A stretch of DNA of 64,000 nt from NCBI GenBank assembly GCA_963693365.1, contig CAVNZM010000003.1:14677143-14741142 (forward strand), written 5' to 3'. This document shows, in pieces, positions 1-13,568 of this stretch. The DNA is from Amoebidium appalachense. Lineage: Eukaryota; Protista; Ichthyosporea. The notes beneath the pieces were generated by a model. The model had not been told where the DNA came from, made no database searches, and saw only the letters and a list, made by a program, of their open reading frames with translations. The position numbers and the translations under genes were made by a program. The first letter of the stretch is position 1; each line of letters opens with the position of its first letter.

Positions 1-240
1 CATTTGGGCTCCGGAGCGTACAATTTGCCATACCATAACTACTATTAGTAACACTGCGGAGCTCAGGGTATGCAAACTACCATAAATGGTAGAAATGGTA
101 GGTAAGCATAGGCAGTGTCACGGGGTGTGTGTGTGTGCGTGTGTCTGTCCTTGCGTGCGTGTGTGTGTCACGGTTAGTGCTTGTGGGTACGTGTGGCTGC
201 GTGCGTGCGTGCGTGTGTGCATGTGTGCGTGGGTACGTGT

Positions 241-276
<36 letters not shown>

Positions 277-577
277 GGGGAGGGGGGGGGAGGGGAGGGG
301 GGCGGAGGGGTGAGGGGCTCAATGACATGTGGTTGTCTCTCCATTACGTTTTTAGCGCTGAGCTACCTCCCCATGGGGTTTCAAAGCAGCGGGAACCACT
401 GGGGGGGGGGGGGGGGGGGGTGGAAGGTTTTGAAATACTACCCCCCCCCCCCCCCTCCTCCCTCCCTCCCCCCCACCCCTCCCCCCATAGGGCCTCGCCC
501 TCCCCCTCCCCCCTCCCCCTTCGTTGTATAGTTTTGATAATAGTAACAACAACAACAACAACAACAACCAAAAAAAA

Positions 578-615
<38 letters not shown>

Positions 616-797
616 TAATAGTAGTAGTACTTGAAATCAAAATCAAATCGGAAGGCCTTTGGGTTTACACACTATAGCTACCCATTGCTGGGGACACTGT
701 CTGGGGCCCAGCCTCACTTGAGAGCCTTTCATATGGGTGGCCCCAAGAGCGAGGAAGAGCTTTTCAAGCACACAGGAGTGAGAGTTGTCATGACGAT

Positions 798-831
<34 letters not shown>

Positions 832-2890
832 AGGGATTCTAAGACTTCCCTCTCTTTTTCCCTCTCACCTGCCCTTATCCCAGTCCTTACTACGTGCACT
901 CTCTTGTCTCCCAACATGAGCCACACCCTATGTATGCCTCATTACAACCATTCACCCCGGCCCGGCCACCACAATATAATTGCTGCTACATGTCATATCC
1001 GTCACTCGGCTTAGATATCCACGATCCGACCGTGGGGATCACTGCATCGATCATCCCACCTCGAAATTTCTTTTTCCATTCATGCTACCCCCGTCATGAC
1101 AATTAAAGGTTCTTCCCCCCCCCCCCACCCCTCCCCCCATCCATCTGGGCCTTCCCGGCCAGTTCTGCATCAGATTCTGTACCACAATAAAAGGCCTCGT
1201 TTCCTCCTCCTCCCGGGCCCCCTCCCCCCCAACCACAACCACCATCCCACCACCACCACCACCGCACCCTCTTTTTAGCTCTCTATCTATCCCCCCCCCC
1301 CCCCCCTCCCTCCCTCCCCCTCCTCCTCCCCCCCCCCCCCCCCCCCCCGGGGTATTTTTCTGACGCAACTTCATCCATGGAAGCAGCGTGCGCCATCATG
1401 CATGCTCATCATCAACAACAGAAACACATGTACACACACACACTTTATGGCGATTCAAGCACACATGGCCACGGAAGGCACATGCACACGTGCAAATATG
1501 TGCCAGCCAGTCTGAGATGACTCTCAATCACTGACACACACACACACACACAAGGCACACACACACACATTCGCACACAAAAAAACACACGGGCAAACAC
1601 GCACTGAGACACACATGCACAGTGACACCCCCACGTGTGCACACACCCAGTCTTCTCTGGCACACACACGGTCAAATGCCTTGTATTTTCACACATCATG
1701 CGACTAAGCGCATTGCGTCCGCACAGCTTGCACATGTGGCACGATGTTTACTCGTACACTGTCAGGCCACTACTACTACAGTGATTAGCAGTGCCGAATG
1801 CCCACCCACCTTACGGACACATACACACACGGTCCCACTGGTCTACATGGCACAAAAATTGCACTGCACACAATCCCAGTGACATGTTGTGCATGAAAGA
1901 TTTGCCATAACTTTGTCAAAATATGAAGCATTTGTTAAAACGAAGGAAAGAAGACTTAGTGCAAACTTACTGTTGGTGATGGTGGTGAATGAGATGGGGG
2001 TAGGAAAGGGGGGAGGGGGGGGGGGGGGGGGGGGGGGGGAGGCGAGCCTCCCAGAAACATTGAGAGGGTGCTCAGCCGCAGCCGGCGCGGAGGGTCCCGC
2101 CGGGCGCCGGACTCCCTGCGCGCGGGGGGGAAGGGGGGGGGGGGGGGGGTTGGGGGAGGGGAGGAGGGGGGGACCCACGGGGGGGGGGGGGGGGGGGGGG
2201 GGGGGACCCACCACCCAGGTGGTCAGGGAGAGGGGGGGGGGGGGGGGACCCACCACTCCCTCGGGCACGATGGGTCTCCCCCCCCCCCCCCCCCCCCCCA
2301 ACCCTCCCCCCCAAGGGACCAGGGGGGACCACAATACTTACTACTGCCCACCCCCCCGGTTCAAATTCAAAAATGCCTAAAAATAAACCGCGCCGAGCTC
2401 CCTCCAGCAAAGGGAGTCCGGAGACTGAGTTTGTTTATCAAGTCGTGCTGGATGGATCTGACTTCAAGCAACTAGTGTTTGCATATACTAAGTTACATAT
2501 ACTTGCATAAAGTTGCATATATTTACAACTTACGGGTGACCCCTTAGTAGTCCCTCCTAAACGGCCTGACCAAGTCACACTGCCTAGAACGTTTGGCGCG
2601 TTCAAAAAAAAAAAAGTGTTTTTAAAGAAATAAAAAAAGTAGGAATACACATTATCAAGCAGTGGGTTTGTGGCACTGCACTTATGTCGTATTTATTGAA
2701 GCAGTGGGTTTAGTTGTTACGCTGACTGCAGAGAGGCTCGTCTGGGAAAGTTTGTAGGTCAAGGCTAAGAGCTCCTTTAGGCGTTCCCACATTCCTCTCT
2801 CCCCCCCCCCCCCCCCCCCCCCCCCCTCCCCCCCCTCCCCCTTCTCCCACACACACACACACACACACACACATGTGTACGCTGTGGCGT

Positions 2891-2965
<75 letters not shown>

Positions 2966-3932
2966 ACACAGACACACACACACACATGTATGTGCACAAA
3001 CACACACACACAAACACACACAAACACACACACACACACACATACCCTTCCCCAGGCGCCACTAATCATGTGCATCGGTTTGCAGTGTGCCCAAAAGTTA
3101 AAAAAACATACACTGCACTAACGGGGGGGGGGGGGGGGGGGGTCCTTCTTGTTGGTGGAAAACATCTGTACCACAACCAAGGAAGCTCTCCCAACCCAAG
3201 GGCTTATACCCACAATCAAGCACCAGAGAACATTCCAGTTTAGTCAGGCATGGGTGTAAATATGCTTATGGGTGGCTTACCTCCACGTCTCATCGTGCAT
3301 GCTTATGCATCGCTTGATCTTGCATCTTGGCGGGACAACACTTCTAAATACCTCTTTGAGCAATCCCCTGCCCCCTTAATTCCCTCTGCCCCTCCTCCTC
3401 CCCCCCCCCCCCCCCCCCCTCTCCCCCACCACCACGTGCACCCCACCCAACCCCAACCCCACCTTCCAGTGCTCTCTTGAAACACAAACACGCGCGGCAC
3501 ACGCAAACACACACACATACACATACGCACAAGCATGACAACAGTGATACCCACCCCTCCGGTGACCCCCTCTTTTGTCGTATCCTTGCCAAACTCACTT
3601 GATGTAAGTTACTCGATTTCCCGTTCTATCGCAGTCCCACCGCACCAGATTGAGATTCACCTCCGAACTAAACCATCAGAAATTTGGCGCACAGTGCCAG
3701 GGAACCCCTCAGGCTGCTCAGTGTGTTTTTCTAACCAATCAAAACGTAGAGTAGATCCTAGCGTCCAATGAAAGCTGCCCTCACTAGCCAAAGCAGTTGG
3801 AAAAACTGCCAAGGTGTTCTCGCCTAGATCCCGAACAAACAAAGAGTAATCGCGGAACCCCGTTCCCGTCCCCCCCCCCCCTCCCCCCCCCTCCCTCCCC
3901 CCTCCCTCCCCCCCCCCCCCCCCCCCCCGCGA

Positions 3933-3963
<31 letters not shown>

Positions 3964-4200
3964 GGGGGGGGGGGGGGGGAGGGGGGGGTTCTTATTATTA
4001 TTATTATTATTTTTGGAGGGAGAGGGGGAGGATGAGCGGGGGGGGGGGGGGGAGGGGGGGGGAGGGCGGGGGGAGGGGGCGGGGGGGGAGAGTGGGGGGG
4101 GGGATACATGCTCTGGGGAACGTCGGACACAGTTACCACTGGGAACATATGTTGAGTTACTGAGATGGCCTGTAAACCATGCCGAGGGAGAGGTGGTGCT

Positions 4201-4233
<33 letters not shown>

Positions 4234-5322
4234 GCTCGGGGAGGGATTATAGCGGAAGGCGGGGAGAAGGGGGGGGGGGGGGGGGGGGGGGGGGGGAGAG
4301 AGAGAGAAGGGAATTGGGTTGTGGGGCCCCGAGGGGAGGTAAGGAATGGCCGGGGAGGAGGGGACGGGTGGAGGGGAGGGGGGGGGGGGGGGGGGGGGGG
4401 GGAAACGCGTAAGAGGAGGAAAGAAGGGGATGGATGAGGGCTTGGCCCGGGGGATGTTCGAAGTCATGAAAAATACAAGCATGAAGCACAACGAGATCAT
4501 GTTTGCTCACGAGAATAAGGACGGTGAAATAGAGACAGACAGAGAGAGAATCATTTGGAAGGGATGGGGCGGAGGAGATTGGTGGGTGGGTGGATGGGTG
4601 TAGGGGGCCAAGGGGATGGAGGGGGGAGTGGAGGGGGAGGGTGAGTGGGAGAGAGGGAGGGAGAGAGGGAGGGAGGGAAGGTGAGAGGTAGGGAGGGAGG
4701 GAGGGAGGGAAAGAGTAGAGGGTGGAAGGGTAGGGGAAACGGAGGGAGGGATGGGTGAGGAAGGAGATTGAGGAAGGGAGGGAAAGAGAGATGTAGGGGG
4801 CAGAGCCTCGGCACAAAATAGGCGAGGGTTGAGGTGGAATGGGTTGGGGAGAGGGGGGGGAGGGGGGGGGGGGGGGGGGGAGGTATGCCTGATCAATAGA
4901 ATGGTGGGACCAGCCTTTCCATAACAATGGAAAAGCAGGGATTTTTACCGACGTTCAACACGAACATACACAGTGTGCTCATGGGTTGCTTCACATACTA
5001 TGAGTCACTGAGTGGCACTTATCAACATGTATATATTTCAATGAATTGTACCATGTGTGAATCAGCACGATTATCTCCATTTTCTAAGGAGCACTGGCGC
5101 ATATCCACGCAGATGTCTCCGTTTTCTACATCGGCGCAAATGCCACTAAATATCTCTACAGATTTTACATTGTATATCCACCCAGATATCATAACCTTCT
5201 ACATTTGTAGACAGCAGATTACGGTGAAGCAACGTAGAACAACTCTAACCATATTACATGGCTTACTCTTGCAGCATTACCCATACCACATATCACGCGA
5301 AAAAAGGGCAAAAAAGAAAAGG

Positions 5323-5358
<36 letters not shown>

Positions 5359-5798
5359 GCTCCCTCACCTGAACATTACATAGACAGACACGGTAGAAAA
5401 TCCCATTTGTTTACACTTAGCTTGACATGCTCGAAATGTCTGGCGCCTTTTCAGAGGCTGTTAGTCCAAGGGTTAAAAGTTTTGTGTGTTGGATGCTCGG
5501 GGCCATGTATAAAAGCCAACGTAAATTTAGCCCGTATGTACAGAGCGCAAAAAAAAAAAAAAAAAAAAAAAAAAGGAAGAAGGAAGAAGAGGGACTAGAA
5601 ATACCTATGCAAGATGTACACTGCGACCACAATCCTTGCTTGGGTTCACAGACCATTTGTATCATGTCTGTAATGTGTGGACTCTAAAAACTTGTATAAT
5701 CAAAATCGAAAATTCGGCTTGAAGAACGCGTATTCGGCCTGGGCCCGATGACAGTGCACAACACAGTAACTATTACTACAACATAAATTTAGCATAGA

Positions 5799-6611
5799 TT
5801 AATTTACAGACCTTCTGGTGTTCGCCTTTTCCTTTACGAGTGGGGGAGAACCGGCACCGATGATCGGCCTTCGAAGAACGGGCCCGCTATCAACAATTGT
5901 GAAAATTCCAAGAAACGAGTATGTTCTTATGCTGACCTTTTCGCCACATCTCTTGTTGAGTTCTATAATCGCACATGCAATCGCCGATTCATTTATGCCA
6001 GCCGCCGAAAGCACATGCCACCACGCGTGGCCCTGTGGATTCGCAGGCATGATTTTCATCCAGTCACAAGCAAAGAAATCCGCCAACCACAGCGAAAAGC
6101 CGATTCCACCCAATAGCCCGCCTCGGATCACGTAATCGATGGGCTTGTTTTCCGCCGGTAGGAAATAAAACGTAGCTATGGTGGCCAATACCACAACGAA
6201 AAGATGAATTTCACAAAACACATTTTCCACAAGTAGTATCAGGGCCGCAACAAGCACCCAATGAACGAGCATGATTAAATAGATCTTTCCGTGATCAAAC
6301 GCCGTGTAAACCATCGCGAGGAAAATTAGGTTTTCGAAAATCTCGTCAGTTTTTTGCCCCTCCCACTTGAGCGTTGCGTGGAACCATGCCGACGTCACGC
6401 CCGTAAGGACAACAGCCAATCCCATGAGGCGGAATTTAAGGCCCAGTTGCCATAAATGGCTCATGTAGAGCACGTGTAGGCCAATCAAAACGAAGGGAAT
6501 GTTGCTCGCCGTATTCCAGAATTCCGCTATGGCCGGGGTCACGGCGTAGTTTTCTTCGCACCAATCAATGGGGGCCGTGTGTGGTTCCCACCAACCGGAT
6601 GCGGGCGCCAT
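5799..6611 (-). CDS. Alkaline ceramidase (CREST superfamily), single exon, ~270 aa
   Basis: ATG at 6611 gives MAPASGWWEPHTAPIDWCEENY...EFWNTASN, then SAWFHATL, DE and HAWWH. These are the ceramidase N-terminal motif and the CREST Zn-binding SxxxH/HxxxH motifs, with several hydrophobic segments. The upstream part of the ORF-track ORF is poly-C noise. Confidence 0.93.
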   Translation of the reverse strand: MAPASGWWEPHTAPIDWCEENYAVTPAIAEFWNTASNIPFVLIGLHVLYMSHLWQLGLKFRLMGLAVVLTGVTSAWFHATLKWEGQKTDEIFENLIFLAMVYTAFDHGKIYLIMLVHWVLVAALILLVENVFCEIHLFVVVLATIATFYFLPAENKPIDYVIRGGLLGGIGFSLWLADFFACDWMKIMPANPQGHAWWHVLSAAGINESAIACAIIELNKRCGEKVSIRTYSFLGIFTIVDSGPVLRRPIIGAGSPPLVKEKANTRRSVN

Positions 6612-6690
6612 TTTCCTTTTTTGGGGCTGTGGGCTGGTGGCAGGGAGCCAAGAAGGGTTTTCCTGCTTTCTTTTCTTTTCTTTTCTTTCT

Positions 6691-6743
<53 letters not shown>

Positions 6744-7001
6744 GGGGGGGGGGGAGGAGGAGCATGGGGTAAGTAATTTCCTATCGGTGGGGAGCACGAG
6801 CGGACACACACTCAAGTATATATTTAGAGACTGTGTAGGATCAAAAACCTGTAACACCAAATGCAAATTTTGTTTAGGTGCAAGGAGTATGTTGAAAAAT
6901 GAATAAAACAGAAAACTAAGTCTGGAGTGAAGTGGTCGATTTTTGGTTGGTTTTTTTGTTTGACTTCATTGAATGCTGCTACAAATGCCCCCTCCATTCC
7001 A

Positions 7002-7033
<32 letters not shown>

Positions 7034-7182
7034 CCTCCCCCGCCACACACAACAACAAAAAACAAAACAAAACAAAACAAAACAGAAATTAAATACAGAA
7101 AGGGTGGCTGGGGGCAGTGTCTCTGATAACAAGTGACCCCGAGCATTCGAGTGAAATCCGTGCCATTTTCGTGTGAATCCGG

Positions 7183-7220
<38 letters not shown>

Positions 7221-9032
7221 AGAGAGAGAAAAAAACTCGGGCAATAAAGTGGGGGGGGGGGGGGGGGGGGGGGGGGGGCAAGGCGGGAAGGTTTGGGGGG
7301 GGGGGGGGGGGGGGGGGAGCAGACTATTGATATAAGTGGAAATTTTTTCAGGAAGAGAGGAGATTGCACAAGTGTTACAGTTGGAAAAAGGATACTCGAG
7401 CTGCGTACCAGTGGATTCCATATGTGCGTGAATTAAGATGCAGGTGGGACACGTAGGCGGGGGGGGTAGAGGAGGGGGATGGGGGAGAGGGGGAGGTGGG
7501 ACGGGCGGAGGTGGGGGGAGGGCATTAAAACTCGTGAAAGGGGAGGGCCAAGAGGGGGCCCCCGGGGGGAGGGGGGAGGCGTGGGAAGGGGAAAGGGGAG
7601 AGAGAGAGAGAGGCGAAGGGGGGGGAGAGGGGGGAGGGGAGTACACAGGTTGTGTCTTTCTTCCAACCGGTAGCCCCACACATGCCCAAATACGCATGCA
7701 CACACGCAGGACCTTGCAACCACCAGGGAACATTGGCACTAATGCAAGGCGCACAAAGAAACTAACAAGAAGAAACATATCCGCACACACAGATTTCCCC
7801 TTCGAGACTCCGGAAAAGAAAAAAAGGTGCAGGGAGGGAGGGGGGGGGAAAGGGGGAGGGGGAGGGGGGGCATTCATGCCCCCCCCCCCCCCCCTCCCCT
7901 TTCTCTCCCCTTCCCCCCCCCCCCCCCCCCCCCCCTTTGCTTTATATAATATATATGATACGCAGGCACATTACGAATATTCCCTCACCCCTTCACCATG
8001 TGCCGGGCCTATCCTCAAATTGAGAAAAAAACGAAAAAATAAAAAAATAAAAAAAAAATAAAAACAAAACTTTAATATTGGCCAGAATCCAACAAAAGCG
8101 CAAAAAAAAAAAAAAAAAAAAAAATAGAAACAAAACTTTAATATTGGCCAGAATCCAACCAAACTACCCACACAAACGGGTATGAATTCCTATACTCACA
8201 ACTAATACAGTGGGGCACACACAGAAAACCAAGCAAATTAGTCCTCCCCCCTCCCCCCCCCCCCCCCCCAGCTCATCCTCCCCCTCCCTCCCCCCTCCCT
8301 CCTAGCTCTCCCCCTCCCTCCCTTCCCTCCTCCCTCCCCTCCGCCCCCTCCTCTCCCCCCACCCACCCCATCCCCCCCAAAAAACAGTATGAAACAGAGT
8401 CAAGAACAGACTTAACGCGTGGAATGATTGGCCATGTGGTTCAATTTGTGCTGCCTTTTCCGATTGTAATTTCAAGGCACATGCACCGAGACACTTGACC
8501 ACGGATTACAAATACCAAATCGCAGACAACAGACAGCACCAAAGGTTTCTCGCAGGGCAAAAACGAAGTTGTAACTGACAACGCACATATCGTTATGGAT
8601 AACAAACAGCTATAATGAAAAGAAAAAGAAAAGGTGTGTGTGTGCGCGGGGGGGGGGGGGGGGGGGGGGGGAAGGAGGTTCCACGCAAACCAGCACAAAA
8701 AACCACAACAGCACATGTTGATTGCATGTTCTCCAATGACCTAATCTAAACGCATACAAATTTGCGCCACAGGTACTCAGACAGACACAGTTATTTATTT
8801 ACCCACACAGGTTTTTGTGTTACAGGTTGTGGCAGTACATATAACCCCTTGCACTTATTATGCACACACAGTACCGCACAGGAAAATCCACACAGATGTG
8901 GCACCCAACAAATATATTGCACGGTCGATTCTGATAAATCAGGTATGATAGGGAGGGGTGTTTTGTGTTGAGTGTCTTTGTGCGTGCGTGATGCGTGCGT
9001 GCATGCGCGCGCGCGCGCGCGCGTAAGTGTGA

Positions 9033-9103
<71 letters not shown>

Positions 9104-9574
9104 TGCGTGAGTGGGTGCGTGCGCAGGTTGATGGGAACGGAGGGTGTGTGTGTGGGCGGGAGGGTAGGGAGGGGGAGGACCGAGAAGGGGAGAGGGAGGA
9201 AGGGAGGGGGGAGGGGGGGGGGGGGGGGATCGGGAAGGGGGAGGAAGAGGGGGGTGAGGGGGTGGGGAGGTGTGGTGTGTGTGTGGGTGAGAGGGGGAGG
9301 AGGGATTTACCTGCTACAGGTGGTCACTCGGTTGCAGAATCTCTCACTGCATTAACGGGCGTTACAGTAGTCACCCTCTCAATGATCAACGCTCAAACTG
9401 CTCAGGTCGTGGTGGAAAAAAAGGTGGAAAAGCCCTACACTTTTCTTGTCACAACAACCTTTTCCTGCGTTGTTCAACAGGGTGGTGAGTTGTATTAAAC
9501 GAGATGTCGGGCACTATTTTTTCGGAACTCCAAACAATGCCATTCATGCACCAACCACAGTTCCTTTTGTTGAC

Positions 9575-9650
9575 GTGTGTGACTTGCTTTAACATGTGTG
9601 ACTTGCTTTAACGTGTGTAATTTGCTTTAACGTGTGTAATTTGCTTCAAG
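9575..9650. repeat. 19-bp tandem repeat x4
   Basis: Units of gtgtgacttgctttaac/gtgtaatttgctttaac. Confidence 0.8.
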
Positions 9651-9898
9651 TTATGTGGCTAAGTTAGTGCTAGCATGCTTCAAGTACTATTAAATTTCGC
9701 CGGGGCTACACTACGTGTGGCTAGCGCAAGGCTGAAAAGTCATTTTGCTCGCAAACTTGAGCAGCAGATTTGCAACGATTCGAATATAGAAGAAAATGAC
9801 GCCTTTACAAAGAAAGAAAATGCGCAGAGCACAAACGATTGTGGGCAATACTGTACAAATCACCCCTGGGGTTAACGTTTTCGAATGACACAAAGAAG

Positions 9899-10032
9899 AC
9901 ATGCGCCCATCATAGCATACATGCGTATGCGTTTGGGCACACAGTGGGACGCATGCCCGTGCAGAGACAGGCGCCCATCATAGCATACATGCGTATGCGT
10001 TTAAGAAAAAAATGGGACGCATGCCCGTGCAG
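9899..10032. repeat. ~68-bp tandem duplication
   Basis: gcgcccatcatagcatacatgcgtatgcgttt...tgggacgcatgcccgtgcag occurs twice. Confidence 0.85.
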
Positions 10033-10990
10033 TAAGCGTGCGGAATTTAACGTGGTTTGACACCCATGCACTCACACGAAAACAAAACACTACTAATATT
10101 ACTACAGTAATGCGACACTTACCCGCTTACAAACAGTGTACACCGAGCTGCACCGTTGCAACGTTCCAACTCAACAAAACCTCGCCGTGTCTTGATCAAA
10201 TAATACCCTTTTGAAGGAGCTTTACAAAATGTTTGGCTAATGCAACACAACGTATACAGTATACGCCTGCGTATAAAATCGAAAAAAGTCTTGACTACTA
10301 TATAAACATGCGTGTATCGCGGCGTGCGTCAGCTTATGTAGTTTGCACGCCGTGGCACATGTCACCTGTTTTCCGTGCTGCGATGACGCAATCCACCAAG
10401 GGGCGGGCCGTCAGCCAATCGGAGCTGACTACAGAGAAGAGCAAAATGACCGGTTACGTCAGCATGGGAGCTATTATTTTTCATTAGATGTATTACCAGA
10501 TCTTGGGAGATTACGATAGAAGCAAACCGCAAAATACTTCCCTGCTTTTCAAAAAACCAATTCTTTTCTCATCTATTATAACTCTAAAATATTGGCTCTG
10601 TATCTATAAGTTAAGTACATCTATAATTAGCCTGCCTGCCGGGTGGCTGAGGTCAAGTTGGGCGGACAGTCGAGCGAGCCGTCTCAACAATAATGATTGC
10701 CCATTTCTAATAGGTGTACACCTACTTCCTTCGCGCTGATTGGAAGAAACGGTATCGCTGCCAGTGCCTGGGTGTTTGCGCAATCCACTTCGATCCCCCA
10801 CGATCGCGATGTACGTGTCCATAGACATACCTTGTTCTTAAACCGCTTATTAGTAGAATCTCCCTGGAGGCATTATATCGTGTAGGGGTCATCATGAATA
10901 CACAGGTGGTGATCACATGTATACCATAGGTGTAAAGAATATTACTATATATATATCTCTGATGATTGTTTGTGAAGTACTACTAGTTCC

Positions 10991-11053
<63 letters not shown>

Positions 11054-11854
11054 ACCCGCCCACATCAGTGCGGCCATCACAATCATAGTGTGCATACGCT
11101 AGGGTCTTTTTTTTTCTTTTGTGTGTGTGTGTGTGTCTACGTGTGTGTGTGCGTATGAGGGTGATGATGGGCACGCGCACACACTTGTGTGCGTGCGCGG
11201 TGCGCGTGTGTGCGATGCCGCGTGTGTGCTTGCAAGCGCCCGTGTGTGCGTGTGTACGAGTGTGTGCGCGAGCGCGCGCGTGTGCGTCGTGCAATGTGTG
11301 GCCGCGTTTGCGCGCGTGCGTGCGTGCGTGCGCGTGCGCGCGTCTGTGTGTGTGCGCGTGTGTGTGCATATGCACGATGTGTGCTACTTGCAGCGCGCCT
11401 GTGTGTCCCTACACGTCCCCTGCCCCTTGCTGTGCACATGTGGTCATCAGGGACCTCAAATACATGCTTTGCATGTGGATAATCTGTGGGTGTATGAATA
11501 TTGGTGAGGATGTTGGTCATTGAGGAGGGAAGCAAGGTTAGCTTTAAGCCGGACACAAGCGGTTGAATGAAGCAAAGTCCGTCGGATGGATTAACGGAGA
11601 GGGTGTTCTCTTCTTCGTTCATACACGAGTTTCTCCCCCCCTCCCTCAGGGGCGGGGGGCCGGGCGAAGGGGGGGAGGGGGGGGAGGGGGGAGGGGGGGG
11701 GGGAGGGGGGTAGCGTGAGAGAAAGACACGTTGTGGTGGCTTTGGTGGCGATTTTGGGCGGATGGAGGACAATTTAAAGAAGTCGGGTGGTGTGCGTGTG
11801 TGTGTATGTGCACGCGTGCGTGTGTGTGTGCCTGAGTGCGTTCGTGTGTGCGTG

Positions 11855-11899
<45 letters not shown>

Positions 11900-12674
11900 C
11901 CAAGTTTTCCGGGGTTGTGGGGGAAAGGGCTTGATGCTGGTGGTGGCGGTTGGGGGTACTACGTGGTTGGTGGTGGTCGTGGTGGTGGTGGTGGTGTGTG
12001 TGTGTGTGGATGGGGGGGGGGGGGGGGGGGGGGGGGAGGTTGTTGGTATTGTAACCGCTGTGTTACAAAGTTTATGTATTCTTTCGCATATGATAATGGT
12101 AACTACCAGTGTTACCGAACCAAAAAAAGGTATCTAGAAAATTGAAACACCATAAATCATCAGATGCTGATTTGAATCACGAGCCAGGATCTGGGTCCTA
12201 CATTCACCACCACCACCATCAAAGCAATAAGCCGCTGACATGTAAAAAAGCTTGTCAGATTCACGAAAGAGTCGATGCCGGTTAGTACAAACCCGGGAGC
12301 CTTGTGGTTGAGTGGTACGAGAAAGGAAGAAAAAATTGGAAAGGAAAAACTGGTATAGCAATTTAGCATTTGAATGAACTACAAGTCTACATTTCACTCA
12401 CACGCACACGGCAAAATATGAGAATCTAGTGTGTAAGGACCAACCTTGATACCTTCAGCACATACATATTGTAACAGCCCAACAACCGATTCAAATACAT
12501 GAACATTCACAAATACGAATACTATTATTGAATAAATACACGAATACTATTATTGAATAAAGAGTCGACACCGTCCATAGACTACATTTACAGAAAACCT
12601 CATTTAATCTGGTACATCAACAACCACCTATTCTGCCCCCCTCCAGGCACAATACCACTTATGCATTCGAAAAT

Positions 12675-13568
12675 CTATGCAGCGCCACCATTTGCATACA
12701 AGGGGTTTGAATTTTCCTTGGTTGCCTGAACGAAAAGGGGGTTATTGTGTGTACCCTCATAAAACGCCATTTCCTTGTTTGACAGTGCCTGTGCCTGGCT
12801 CCTACGACGATAATAAACCACCCCCGCAAACAGAGCACCAACAACTGCGATTCCGGCCGCAACCCCCCCAATAATTGCACCCGCATTGACCCCTCCATTT
12901 GAATTTTCATTCGATGCGGACATCTGTTTCTCCGCCGTCGGGGCCCTCTCTTCAACAGCTGTTGCCATAGGCTCACTTGTGGTTGCGGGCATTTGTGCAA
13001 AAGTATTTGTCGCGTCACCAATAACCCTCGTTTGCGCAAGCACCCCGTTTTCCCCACCCTTCTCATCACCTACACCGGTACCCGTACCCGGTGTGCCTCC
13101 CTGTCCGTTTTCACTGCTACCACCCACATTTCCACCCTCCGCCCCCTCATCCCCCCCAACGCTACTTGGAGTCCCGTCACCCTCTTTTTTCCCCCCAGCG
13201 CCGGATCCATCTATTTCGTCCCCGGCCATATTTCCACCGTTTCCACCCGTTTGGTCTTCTTCATTTGCACTACCTGTGTTCCCGCCATTTTCCGTGGCAC
13301 CATGCGGCTTCTTCCCACCTTTTCCTATTTCCTTCCCTGTGTTAACGTTTCCGCCGTGTACGCTACCACTGTGACCCCCGTTGGAACCTGTCATAGAACC
13401 ATCATCACTAGTTTCGTGCCCAGGGAGAAGGTAGATGTGGGAGGGTTTGGGGGTGAGTCCCTCTCCTTCCTCCTGTACGCTCTGTGAGTCTGAACGTGCA
13501 CGGCGGACCGGGCTAGACACAGCCGTGGCTATACCGCACGAAAGCGCTACAATTGTTTTGATCTGCAT
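12675..13568 (-). CDS. Type I single-pass surface protein: signal peptide, Gly/Glu/Asn-rich ectodomain, TM helix, cytoplasmic NPLF/NPLY motifs
   Basis: Intact 297-aa ORF. MQIKTIVALSCGIATAVSS is signal-like, RRAR is a possible furin-type site, the TM AIIGGVAAGIAVVGALFAGVVYY is followed by an RRR stop-transfer, and the tail is EGTHNNPLFVQATKENSNPLYAN. Confidence 0.85.
   Translation of the reverse strand: MQIKTIVALSCGIATAVSSPVRRARSDSQSVQEEGEGLTPKPSHIYLLPGHETSDDGSMTGSNGGHSGSVHGGNVNTGKEIGKGGKKPHGATENGGNTGSANEEDQTGGNGGNMAGDEIDGSGAGGKKEGDGTPSSVGGDEGAEGGNVGGSSENGQGGTPGTGTGVGDEKGGENGVLAQTRVIGDATNTFAQMPATTSEPMATAVEERAPTAEKQMSASNENSNGGVNAGAIIGGVAAGIAVVGALFAGVVYYRRRSQAQALSNKEMAFYEGTHNNPLFVQATKENSNPLYANGGAA

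Noticed and set aside
9300-12330. Possible exons (9317-9486 +, ~10832-10865 -, ~12138-12286 +)
   Set aside because: Splice-like signals and short open frames exist, but the strands conflict and no family motif is recognisable, so no gene model is supportable.
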